A stretch of DNA of 32,000 bases, taken from positions 120,001 to 152,000 of the forward strand of contig JBAYVT010000001.1 in assembly GCA_041674405.1 (NCBI GenBank), given 5' to 3'. Below, piece after piece: positions 15,488-24,266 of the stretch. How positions within the stretch are numbered: position 1 is the first letter of the stretch; each line of letters begins with the position of its first letter. Origin of the DNA: Patescibacteria group bacterium. Lineage in GTDB: Bacteria; Patescibacteriota; UBA1384; XYA2-FULL-43-10. A program made the translations under genes and the position numbers. The notes below the pieces were generated by a model. That model was not told where the DNA came from. It saw only the letters and a program-made list of their open reading frames with translations, and ran no database searches.

Positions 15488-16643
15488 TATTTAACGCTTC
15501 AATCAGAAGCCTCTTGTTTGCTTCTAATCCTTTTTTAGCATGGTCTATTTCTTCCGTTGTTGTTAAATTTCCATTCTTTAGTCTTAGCCAATAATACATC
15601 ATTGGCACTCTGGCAAAACGATAATAAATCAATGCTAATCGAAATAATTCTTTAAAATCCGGATTTTCCGAATTCTCCTCCAAAACTTCCGAAAACATTT
15701 CTTGCTGTCTTTCCGGATACATCCAGTGAGTGGCTGGAATATACGAAAAAGCAGCGGCTTGGTTGTCGAGTAATTTTAATCTTTCCCAGTCAATTATCGT
15801 CATTGAACCATCGTCTGATTTTATTATGTTGCTCATATTTATATCAATGTTAGTAAATACTGCGCCAGAATTTCTTACAAATTCTTCCTTTTCGTCTAAA
15901 AGAGCCATCATTCTGTCAAAAACATCATCACCAAGCCACTCCCTATATTCAGATTCATGCTCGTGCATCATTTCTCGATTTCTTTTGTGGGTCGGGCAGG
16001 CTCCCTCAGAATTCATTGTTATTTCTGGGTGCTCGGCTGCAATTTTTTCCGGATTCATTGCCTTTTGCATCGCTTTAATAAACTCGACTAAATTCTTAAA
16101 ATCCTCTATTGGCATTGGCCCATCGGCAGCTTCGAACCACACGTGGCTCATGGGCTCCCCTTCGGCATATTCATACTGAACAAAACCATTGCCATTTTCC
16201 TCGGATTCACTTGCAAGATATTTGGGAATATTGACGCGTCCTCTTATATTTTCGGGAATTTCTTCTTCAATATCACTCGCGATATCCTCATAAAAAATTC
16301 TTTCGTTTCTGGCTTCACCCCTAGGATCTTCGCCGCTTAAACGCATTTTAGTAATAACAATCTTGTGTTCAGGGTGTGCGCCTTCAAATATCCAAAATGG
16401 ACGAGTGACTTTATTTTCTCTTATATAATTCAGAACCGCCTCGTCCCCCTCCAAATTTAGATCAATATTTTCATGTACGCCATAAAATCTTACTGGCCTA
16501 ACTTCCTGCACACCTCGGCTTTTCAAACACTCAAGTACCTGTTGCCAAAGCTTATTAAGCTCATCCCCAGATTCAATTTTTTCTTTCCAACTCAATCCCT
16601 CGATTGGCTCTTCGTGGCTTGAGGAATTAATTCCATCTCTCAT
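15450..16643 (-). CDS. Putative phosphotransferase, APH/CotS/choline-kinase-like fold (divergent)
   Basis: The C-terminal half contains FTNIDINMSNIIKSDDGSMTIIDWERL. This is the Brenner-type xxD-x4-N catalytic loop followed by the IDWE metal-binding motif of APH-like kinases. The usual His is Asn here. I do not recognise the N-terminal 200 aa. Confidence 0.5.
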   Translation of the reverse strand: MRDGINSSSHEEPIEGLSWKEKIESGDELNKLWQQVLECLKSRGVQEVRPVRFYGVHENIDLNLEGDEAVLNYIRENKVTRPFWIFEGAHPEHKIVITKMRLSGEDPRGEARNERIFYEDIASDIEEEIPENIRGRVNIPKYLASESEENGNGFVQYEYAEGEPMSHVWFEAADGPMPIEDFKNLVEFIKAMQKAMNPEKIAAEHPEITMNSEGACPTHKRNREMMHEHESEYREWLGDDVFDRMMALLDEKEEFVRNSGAVFTNIDINMSNIIKSDDGSMTIIDWERLKLLDNQAAAFSYIPATHWMYPERQQEMFSEVLEENSENPDFKELFRLALIYYRFARVPMMYYWLRLKNGNLTTTEEIDHAKKGLEANKRLLIEALNNEGVWSNESVNL

Positions 16644-16647
16644 ATTT

Positions 16648-17619
16648 TTACCTCACATGCAAAATTGCTTCGAAAGAATCGCCGGCAGCAGCAAGATACC
16701 TTGCCCATATATGAGTCCTGTCGATTTTTTTTGATTCCTCAGTCGTTTTGATCTTTAAACTAATGGATGGCCATTTGTGCATATGAAACAAAATTCTTAT
16801 GATACTGGACCGAAACATTTCTTCTAACTTTTCGTTTGTAATAAATAGTTCTATCAGCACCTTCTGCCAATTTTCGTATCTCCACAGAAATAACCAGAGG
16901 TATGTAAAATCAATTGTAAGGTTATCAAAACAAAATTGCTCGAAATCAGAAAATATTATATTATCTCCCGGGCGAACAATAATATTAGCCGGGCTCATAT
17001 CACTATTACATGCTTTAATATTTTCGTTTGAATAGTATAATTTTTTATTATTCGCAAAGAAATTCTGCTGATTTATCAGTGATAGACCTAGATATTTACC
17101 AATATTTTCCGGATTGTAATCTTCCAAATCTTCGAAATATTTTTGTTGAAAATTCTTTTTCAGGTTATTTAATTCATGAGATTCTACGGATATTTTTTGT
17201 AAAGATTCCAAGTTGTCAATAATTTTTGGAACAATAATTTTGTCCTTGTCTATAAACTCATTTCTTAAAATATCATATCCCATAAGCGATTCATTTGGCA
17301 GGAGCATTGAAAGGGAGTTCCCTGGATAATATTGGCGAATAGACCAAAAATATTTACCACTAATTCCTGTTTCTATAATTTTCGCTCTTGCAAGGCCAAA
17401 ATTCTTGTTGTGTTTATCAATATATTGGTCGACGGCTTTTTCTTTCTCCATATTTCTAACCCGGCCGGTAGAGCTTTTAGGAAAAATTTTTAGCACCACT
17501 TCATTGTTATTGATCAGCCCAACAAAAATATAACTTTCCCTTTCGTAGTCCTTTTTAATAGCCAATTTTTCATTAAAATGCAAATCCACAAAGAGATCTG
17601 CGAGTTCTTTTTGATACAT
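16648..17619 (-). CDS. Putative phosphotransferase, APH/CotS/choline-kinase-like fold (second, non-identical copy)
   Basis: It shows CNSDMSPANIIVRPGDNIIFSDFEQFCF (D-x4-N loop plus a DFE motif). Upstream is a VVLKIF...-type Lys strand. It lies 4 nt downstream of the other kinase-like gene. Confidence 0.55.
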   Translation of the reverse strand: MYQKELADLFVDLHFNEKLAIKKDYERESYIFVGLINNNEVVLKIFPKSSTGRVRNMEKEKAVDQYIDKHNKNFGLARAKIIETGISGKYFWSIRQYYPGNSLSMLLPNESLMGYDILRNEFIDKDKIIVPKIIDNLESLQKISVESHELNNLKKNFQQKYFEDLEDYNPENIGKYLGLSLINQQNFFANNKKLYYSNENIKACNSDMSPANIIVRPGDNIIFSDFEQFCFDNLTIDFTYLWLFLWRYENWQKVLIELFITNEKLEEMFRSSIIRILFHMHKWPSISLKIKTTEESKKIDRTHIWARYLAAAGDSFEAILHVR

Positions 17620-18702
17620 CTAGCTAATCCTTTCGTACAAATTCATGTATTTTTCCGCCACCGCATCGAAAGAATATTTTTCTTCAACCGTTTTCCGACA
17701 ATTTTTTCTCATTTCCTGGTACTGCTTTTCGGGCAGTGACAATATTTTATTGGCTGCCTCCTCAAAAGCGCGGATATCTCCTTGTTCAACCTTATATCCG
17801 TTTACCCCGTTTTCAATTATTTCATCCACCGCTCCCGTTTTGTAGGCAATAACCGGAGTTCCACATGCCATCGCTTCGATTACCGTGAGGCCAAAAGTTT
17901 CATTCGAAGAAGGAAACAATAAGGCCTTGGCGCTATAAAAACCGGGCCTTTTTTCTTTATCCACAAAACCAACAGCTGTGATTTCATCGTTTAAGCTTGG
18001 TAATATATCGCTCCTAAAATATTTTTCATTTTCACCGATTGGCTTTCCCCCAATCTCGAGTTTATAGTGCAATTTACTGGCAACCTTGATTGCGTGAGTG
18101 GCTCCCTTGGGCTCGATCATGCGCCCAATCCAGACGAAATTATCTTTAGCGCTTTCAGAAAAAGGAAAGTCGCCAAGATACACCCCATTGGGTATTATTT
18201 CATGTTGGCGTGAAAAGTCTTTCATTTGGAAACCTGAAACACCAACAAAGGTAATCAGGTTAATTTGTTCGGGCGTTAATAGATCAAATAATATTTTGTA
18301 ACTAAAATTTTCTATTCCCATATGCATGGTAAGAATAGATTTTTTACCATTTTTGGCCGCCAGATATACAGGTAAAAAATTCACCATACTAAAATGAGTC
18401 ATCCTATCTTCGCACATCACTCTGTCAATTGCTTTTGCATAAACTGCAAATTCTTCAAACGCTGTAGTGCGATAATTCCAGCCAGTATTGAAAAAATCTG
18501 CTCGCTTCGAATATCCTAAAGATTTTTCTACTATGGGTATCAGAGAATTTAATTTTTCAGAATCTCCAGTCGCCAACAATTCAAAGTTGTCCAATTTCTG
18601 TTCCAATGTTTTGGCTAGGTAATAATTAAAAACCTCTAAGCCTCCGGGCACGGCAGGACCGGTTGGCATAAATATGTTAGAAAATAAAGAAATTTTTTTC
18701 AT
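17620..18702 (-). CDS. GT4-family (GT-B) glycosyltransferase
   Basis: The C-terminal signature is LLFPSSNETFGLTVIEAMACGTPVIAYKTGAVDEIIENGVNGYKV (the E-x7-E region). Confidence 0.85.
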   Translation of the reverse strand: MKKISLFSNIFMPTGPAVPGGLEVFNYYLAKTLEQKLDNFELLATGDSEKLNSLIPIVEKSLGYSKRADFFNTGWNYRTTAFEEFAVYAKAIDRVMCEDRMTHFSMVNFLPVYLAAKNGKKSILTMHMGIENFSYKILFDLLTPEQINLITFVGVSGFQMKDFSRQHEIIPNGVYLGDFPFSESAKDNFVWIGRMIEPKGATHAIKVASKLHYKLEIGGKPIGENEKYFRSDILPSLNDEITAVGFVDKEKRPGFYSAKALLFPSSNETFGLTVIEAMACGTPVIAYKTGAVDEIIENGVNGYKVEQGDIRAFEEAANKILSLPEKQYQEMRKNCRKTVEEKYSFDAVAEKYMNLYERIS

Positions 18703-18703
18703 C

Positions 18704-19825
18704 TTAACCCAAAAATTTATTATATGCAGCTAGGTAATTTTGCGCCATTTTAACAAGGCTAAATTCCTTGATGATCCTATCGCGTGGAGCAGATGGCTTT
18801 ATGAAAGACGCTTTTTTAAGAGCTTCTCGAATCTCATTTTTACCAAAACTACTAATCAAGATTCCGTTCTCGCCATTATTGATCACATCTTTAATACCCC
18901 CGATCGGTGACGCTATCGGAACAACCCCCGAAGACATCGCCTCCAGAAGGACCATGGGCATACCTTCTCTTTCAGTTGGCATAAATATCAACTTTGCGTT
19001 TTGATAAATCGGAATAAGCTCATTTGGAGTTTTGTACCCCAAATAATCCACGTTATCTTTTCCAAAATATTGTTTTTCTAATCTCTCAAAATATTTAATC
19101 TCATTCGGAGACGAACCTCTTGGCCCGATTATAGAAAGTTTTTGCCCGGATTCTTTTACGGATAATATCAACTCCTCAACTTTTTTTTCGGGCACAATTC
19201 TCCCAACAAATATCACTCCTTGTTTTTCAGAATTTGCCTGAAAATTATATTTGTCTGTATCAACCCCATTGGGAGTGTAGCCGAAATTTTTGATGCTATT
19301 TTTTTGGCAAAATTTCTCATTGTCGTGGCTTATGCAAGTCATACCAGATGATGATTTTGACAATTCACGATAACGATATTGATCATAAGCGTGAAAAATA
19401 CTAGCTAAATCACCATGGATCGTATACAAAACCGGAATCTTTGCAGCCAAGAATATAAAGAAATTTGTCCTCATATCATGAGAATTAATAAGATCAATTT
19501 TACCCGCCCTATAGGCTTTTAAGGCTTCATTGGCAGCAAAAAGATCGCTCTCTACCCTTCTTTGTGTATATTCAATCGGATTTTTTGTGTCTGGCCCGAA
19601 TTCCCTCCACGCAGATGGCAGATCCGCCCCGCTGCAAGTAATTTCATTACTGCTGTCCCTGGAAGTAAAAACCATATTCTCACAATTAAGATCGGACAAT
19701 TTTTTTGATAATTCGAACACTAGAGAGTTTGGTGCGCAAATAACGTCTGGGTCGGGTGGCACCGGTTTCGAGCTAAGAGGAATGATTCCAACTCTAATTT
19801 TTTTTGATCGCCTTTTGAACAACAT
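18704..19825 (-). CDS. GT4-family (GT-B) glycosyltransferase
   Basis: It shows LIFMPTEREGMPMVLLEAMSSGVVPIASPIGGIKDVINNGENGILI. There is a 1-nt gap to the next GT4 gene. Confidence 0.8.
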   Translation of the reverse strand: MLFKRRSKKIRVGIIPLSSKPVPPDPDVICAPNSLVFELSKKLSDLNCENMVFTSRDSSNEITCSGADLPSAWREFGPDTKNPIEYTQRRVESDLFAANEALKAYRAGKIDLINSHDMRTNFFIFLAAKIPVLYTIHGDLASIFHAYDQYRYRELSKSSSGMTCISHDNEKFCQKNSIKNFGYTPNGVDTDKYNFQANSEKQGVIFVGRIVPEKKVEELILSVKESGQKLSIIGPRGSSPNEIKYFERLEKQYFGKDNVDYLGYKTPNELIPIYQNAKLIFMPTEREGMPMVLLEAMSSGVVPIASPIGGIKDVINNGENGILISSFGKNEIREALKKASFIKPSAPRDRIIKEFSLVKMAQNYLAAYNKFLG

Positions 19826-19897
19826 TATGTTATAGTTTTATTAAGTTAATCTATTCCATTATGTTTCAATTTGGACAATTAATCAAATAGAGGGATT

Positions 19898-20683
19898 ATG
19901 AAAATATCTATCGTCATGCCTGTGTATAATCGTGAAGATTTCTTACCAGAAGTCTTGCAAAGCTATTTCAACCAAACGGATAAGGACTGGGAACTAATAA
20001 TTGTCGATGATTGCAGCATAGATTCGAGTTTCACAATCTGCCAAGATCTTGCCAAAAAAGATGATCGAATAAAATGTTTTCGCCTGAAAAAAAATTCTGG
20101 TGTTGCCATCGCAAGAGATTATGGCAACAAAAAAGCGAATGGAGATATTATTGTCGTTGCGGACTCTGATGATTTTGCCTATCCCGATAGAATCAAAATA
20201 ATTAGAGAGTATTTTGAAAAGAATCCTGATGCTGACATCTTCTATACCAATATGGATCTAAATTACATTGACGATGGAATAGTAAAACCTAGATTTTTTC
20301 AGCCTTATGTCAAAGATTTATTATATAACATAAATTTTGTGCCTAACGCATCTTCGTCTTATAAGAAATCGGCCTACGTCAAAGTAGAGGGCTACGATAG
20401 CGAGCAAAAGATTGGAGAAGACTACGATCTCTGGCTTCAGTTTTCTGATAAAAACATGAAGTTTGGTTATGACCCTCGGCCAACAGTAAAAGTTACTATG
20501 CATAAAAAAAGTATTCGTTCAGAAGAGCAAGATAAACACCGCTCATATATTGAGCGAGTTTGGAAAAAACATAAATCAGCCGGAGCTGATCTAACTCAGG
20601 TTAAACAATTGGCAAATAAAGAAACATATGACTTTTTCAGCCAACCAAATAAATTAGAACTATGGTTCAATATTAAGAATTAG
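19898..20683 (+). CDS. GT2-family (GT-A) glycosyltransferase
   Basis: It shows MKISIVMPVYNREDFLPEVLQSYFNQT...LIIVDDCSIDSS...VADSDDFAYPDR (DxD). An SD (GAGGGA) lies 2 nt before the ATG. This is the only plus-strand gene in the cassette. Confidence 0.88.
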   Translation: MKISIVMPVYNREDFLPEVLQSYFNQTDKDWELIIVDDCSIDSSFTICQDLAKKDDRIKCFRLKKNSGVAIARDYGNKKANGDIIVVADSDDFAYPDRIKIIREYFEKNPDADIFYTNMDLNYIDDGIVKPRFFQPYVKDLLYNINFVPNASSSYKKSAYVKVEGYDSEQKIGEDYDLWLQFSDKNMKFGYDPRPTVKVTMHKKSIRSEEQDKHRSYIERVWKKHKSAGADLTQVKQLANKETYDFFSQPNKLELWFNIKN

Positions 20684-21803
20684 CGATCAATCTTTTATAT
20701 AAACTCTCATATTGTGGAACAATTTTTCCAACAGAGAAATTTTCTTCAACTTTCTTTTTTGCATTTTCTGAAATTTTCTTGTACTCCCTTTCATCTGTTA
20801 GGACCTGAACAGCATATTCAGCCATTTTTGAAGTCTCACCAACCTCTACCAAAAAACCATTCTTTTGATGATCAATCATCTCGCTCATTCCGCCCACCCT
20901 GGTAGAAATGACCGGGACCCCCAAAGACATCGCTTCCAAAGATGACAAGCTAAAGTTCTCTTTTTCCGAGGGCAAAAGAAATAAATGAGAAATCGACAAT
21001 AGTTTTTCTATTGAGCTTTGCAAACCCAAGAAATGAATTTTATTTATCAGCCCGCGCTTGGACGCCAATTTATATGCCGTACGCTGTTCTGGCCCGTCGC
21101 CAATTAACAATAATCTGGAATCAACCTTCTTCTGAACTTCTTCAAATACTTTTATCACGTCTTCAATTCGTTTAACAGCGCGGAAGTTGGACATATGGGT
21201 AATGATCTTTGCATTATTGGTTCCAAAAACCTCTTTTAAATCCTCGGGTATTTTCTTAGGCGGTTTTATATCCACAAAATTGTAAATTACATCGATCTTT
21301 TCTTCTAATTTATATGCTTCTTTCGCTTCATCCACCATGGCTTTTGAAACAGAGGTAATTGCATCTGATTTGGAAATGGTAAAACCAACCGCATCTTTAA
21401 TTATTGGATCATGCCCAATAATTGAAACATCCGTCCCATGCAAAGTAGTCACGACTTTAACTTTTTTCCCGGCCCTCTCCACCATTTCTCGAGCAATGTA
21501 TGCAGACAGCGAATGGGGAACAGCGTAATGGCAATTGATAACCTGAATATTGTTCTGCATTACAACATTGTATATTTTATTTGCCAGAGTTAATGAATAG
21601 GGAGCAGTATCAAAAAGCGGATATTCAAATTGTTCAACTTCATGATAGAAAACATTTTTTTTCCACGGACCAATAAGCTTGAAAGGTACTTCGGATGCAA
21701 TAAAATGGACCTGGTGGCCCCTTTTTGCTAATTCGAGACCAAGAGAGGTACCGACAATTCCACTCCCGCCGCTTGAAGGATAACATATTATTGCAATTTT
21801 CAT
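20673..21803 (-). CDS. bshA: BshA-like GT4 glycosyltransferase (N-acetyl-alpha-D-glucosaminyl L-malate synthase family)
   Basis: The N-terminus MKIAIICYPSSGGSGIVGTSLGLELAKRGHQVHFIASEVPFKL, then TTLHGTDV and the length (376 aa) closely parallel Bacillus BshA as I remember it (KIGITCYPSVGGSG...GHEIHFITS..PFRL, TTLHGTDI). The substrate assignment is unverified. Confidence 0.6.
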   Translation of the reverse strand: MKIAIICYPSSGGSGIVGTSLGLELAKRGHQVHFIASEVPFKLIGPWKKNVFYHEVEQFEYPLFDTAPYSLTLANKIYNVVMQNNIQVINCHYAVPHSLSAYIAREMVERAGKKVKVVTTLHGTDVSIIGHDPIIKDAVGFTISKSDAITSVSKAMVDEAKEAYKLEEKIDVIYNFVDIKPPKKIPEDLKEVFGTNNAKIITHMSNFRAVKRIEDVIKVFEEVQKKVDSRLLLIGDGPEQRTAYKLASKRGLINKIHFLGLQSSIEKLLSISHLFLLPSEKENFSLSSLEAMSLGVPVISTRVGGMSEMIDHQKNGFLVEVGETSKMAEYAVQVLTDEREYKKISENAKKKVEENFSVGKIVPQYESLYKRLIANS

Positions 21804-21834
21804 ACTACTCTCCTGAATTTATTGATATGGTGAT

Positions 21835-22833
21835 TTAGTCCTTTTTTGCCGGCTTACGCAAGTACTCTGCTGCCTCTTCCGGAGACATTATATCGATTAT
21901 GACGCCGCTTCCAAGTTCGTATCCGCCATAATTGGCGAGGCGTGGTGTAATTTCGAGATGCCAGTGGTAAGAGGCAGAATTTTCGAAAGTATTTGGCAGT
22001 GAATGAATATAAAAGTTAAGCGGTATATTTTTAACATTTTTTTCCATTTTTTGCAAGACACAGTGGAGCGATTCACCCAAAGATTTCATGTGCGATTTAG
22101 GCGTATTTTCAAATTCGCTTTCATGGTTTTTGGGCAAAATCCAAGTTTCCATTGGGAATCTGGCAGCAAAGAACGTGATCGCAATAAAATTATCATTTTC
22201 ATAAACAATGCGAATTTTTTCTTTCTTTTCATGCTTGATAATGTCGCAAAAAACACAAACGCCGTTAATGCCATAATACCGCTCTGCGCCGTCCATTTCC
22301 CGCCCGACATTATTTGCTACAATTCCCGAGGCAAATATTTGCGCGTGGGGGTGTTCGATTGATGCAGCGGCCTCTGCTCCCTGATTGTATATTGGCATCA
22401 CAGAAACCACTCCTTCTACATTTTTCATATCTATATACCGGTCCTGGATGACTTCAAGCATTTCTGTGATTTTTGAACTATCGAAGGCGATCAAGTTTTC
22501 GTCGTGATTTTTTGCAATTATAACTTCGTGATCGCCGACAGCCGGCCTTGCCCTGTAAAAACCTTCCTCGGGATAGAAACTGCGGAGTTGCGTCTTGGAT
22601 TCTTTTTCGACGAATGCCGGGAACTTGTTCTCTATAACATAAAAATTTGTTGTTGCGGCTCTGCGAACTTTTTCATTTTGTTTGTATCCTTCCGATCCCT
22701 CGCAAAACGGGCATTTGGACTTATCAGAAACTTTGACGCTTGGTGGAATTACAAAATCCTGCGGCCTCTTTGCTCGCTCCGGAGCAATAACAACCCACTC
22801 TCCGGTTATAATATTTTGTCTTAACTGAGGCAT
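21835..22833 (-). CDS. galT: Galactose-1-phosphate uridylyltransferase-like (GalT/HIT class) nucleotidyltransferase
   Basis: It shows N-terminal ITGEWVVIAPERAKRP, a zinc motif CPFCEG, and the catalytic SIEHPHAQIFA (H-x-H-x-Q). An SD (GGAGGG) lies 7 nt before the ATG. Confidence 0.78.
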   Translation of the reverse strand: MPQLRQNIITGEWVVIAPERAKRPQDFVIPPSVKVSDKSKCPFCEGSEGYKQNEKVRRAATTNFYVIENKFPAFVEKESKTQLRSFYPEEGFYRARPAVGDHEVIIAKNHDENLIAFDSSKITEMLEVIQDRYIDMKNVEGVVSVMPIYNQGAEAAASIEHPHAQIFASGIVANNVGREMDGAERYYGINGVCVFCDIIKHEKKEKIRIVYENDNFIAITFFAARFPMETWILPKNHESEFENTPKSHMKSLGESLHCVLQKMEKNVKNIPLNFYIHSLPNTFENSASYHWHLEITPRLANYGGYELGSGVIIDIMSPEEAAEYLRKPAKKD

Positions 22834-22918
22834 CTTAAACCCTCCGCGACACCTTAATTATTCAGATAGTTTGTCGCGCCCCTCGTAGCTCATAGAGCGA
22901 AGTGGGGCAAATTTAATT

Positions 22919-23425
22919 CTATTTTTTTAGATTGATGTTGGTTTGTGCATGCGTGATTGCAACCGCCAACGCATCTGCCGCATCATCTGGTTTGGGGCAT
23001 GATTTGAGTTTGCAAATAATTTTAACCATCTCCTGAATTTGGGATTTTTCCGCTCTGCCATATCCCGTAAGCGCTTGCTTAACCTGCAACGGCGTATATT
23101 CATAAACCGGAAGATTCGCGCCTTTTGCACACACTATGGCCACACCCCTAGCCTCAGCTACCGAAATGACAGTTTTTTGGTTCTTGAAAAAAAACAGGCT
23201 CTCAATTGCTACTTGGTCTGGTTTTTCCTTTTCAATTATATCAGACAGGCTTTTGTAAATAAAATTCAATCGGTCAGGCTGGTTGAGATTGGCGCGGGTG
23301 CGAATACAACCATATTTAACAGGTCTTATGCCACCTGAAGCCTTCTCTATAACCCCATAACCCATAATCCCAGTACCCGGATCGATGCCTAAGATCTTAA
23401 TTGTTTCATTGCTAAATTGTTTCAT
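22919..23425 (-). CDS. ruvC: Crossover junction endodeoxyribonuclease RuvC
   Basis: It shows ILGIDPGTGIMGYGVIE..., VAIESLFF, and PDDAADALAVAITHA (the catalytic acidic residues). Confidence 0.93.
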   Translation of the reverse strand: MKQFSNETIKILGIDPGTGIMGYGVIEKASGGIRPVKYGCIRTRANLNQPDRLNFIYKSLSDIIEKEKPDQVAIESLFFFKNQKTVISVAEARGVAIVCAKGANLPVYEYTPLQVKQALTGYGRAEKSQIQEMVKIICKLKSCPKPDDAADALAVAITHAQTNINLKK

Positions 23426-23429
23426 TGCT

Positions 23430-23460
23430 TCCGCGTTTATCCGCGCAATTCAATCCGCGG
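23430..23460. repeat. Three direct copies of TCCGCG plus a 5-bp GC hairpin in the yebC-ruvC spacer
   Basis: TCCGCG occurs at 23430-35, 23440-45 and 23454-59, and two copies extend to ATCCGCG. CCGCG (23441-45) pairs with CGCGG (23456-60). A T7 run follows on the plus strand after TTGGAA. Confidence 0.55.
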
Positions 23461-23476
23461 TTGGAATTTTTTTAAC

Positions 23477-24202
23477 TTAAAGATTTACATTGATGTAAAT
23501 CTTACTCACATCATCCAGGTCATCAAGCGCATCCATTAGCTTCATCAAAGATTCTTTTTTGTCTTCAGCAATATCTATAGAAGTATTCGGTTTCATCGAA
23601 GGTTCAGCTGATTCTAGCACAATTTTTGCACTCTCCAGGCTGGTTTTCACATTATTTAGATCAGAAAAATTGGTGTATATATAGTACATACTATCATCTT
23701 TTTCGAAATCCTCGGCTCCTGAGTCGATTATCGCTTCCTCAAGTTCTTCATCTTTTAAATTGTTTTTAGTCTCATCGACTATGATCTCACCAACTTTTTT
23801 AAATTGATAATTTACGCTACCCGGCCCAGCAAGGGACCCACCGTTTCGATTTAATATTGCTTTGATATCGGCGACTGTACGATTTTTGTTGTCAGTAAGG
23901 CATTCTACTAAAAGTCCAGCCCCACCAGAACCATAAACTTCATATACAACCTCTTCAATAGCCGCTGCATCTCCTCCGCCTGAACCTCGCTGTATGGCCC
24001 GCTCGATGTTTTCTTTTGGCATGCTTGCTGCCTTGGCGTTATCGACAGCCATACGGAGTGTCGGATTAGATGCTGGATCCCCCCCACCATCGCGCGCAGC
24101 AATCGTGATTAGTTTACCGAGCTTGGTAAATATTTTGCCGCGCTTGGCGTCAATCACTGCTTTTTTTCTTTTAGTCGTTGCCCATTTGCTATGTCCGGAC
24201 AT
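23477..24202 (-). CDS. yebC: YebC/PmpR family DNA-binding transcriptional regulator
   Basis: MSGHSKWATTKRKKAVIDAKRGKIFTKLGKLITIAAR... is the canonical N-terminus. I place the start at ATG 24202. The track's 38-codon N-terminal extension (to 24316) overlaps the preceding gene and is not YebC-like. Confidence 0.9.
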   Translation of the reverse strand: MSGHSKWATTKRKKAVIDAKRGKIFTKLGKLITIAARDGGGDPASNPTLRMAVDNAKAASMPKENIERAIQRGSGGGDAAAIEEVVYEVYGSGGAGLLVECLTDNKNRTVADIKAILNRNGGSLAGPGSVNYQFKKVGEIIVDETKNNLKDEELEEAIIDSGAEDFEKDDSMYYIYTNFSDLNNVKTSLESAKIVLESAEPSMKPNTSIDIAEDKKESLMKLMDALDDLDDVSKIYINVNL

Positions 24203-24266
24203 ATCGAAATCTCCAAATAATTTTACCCTTGCATGATACTTGAAAACGGCCCTGATTTCAATCTTG

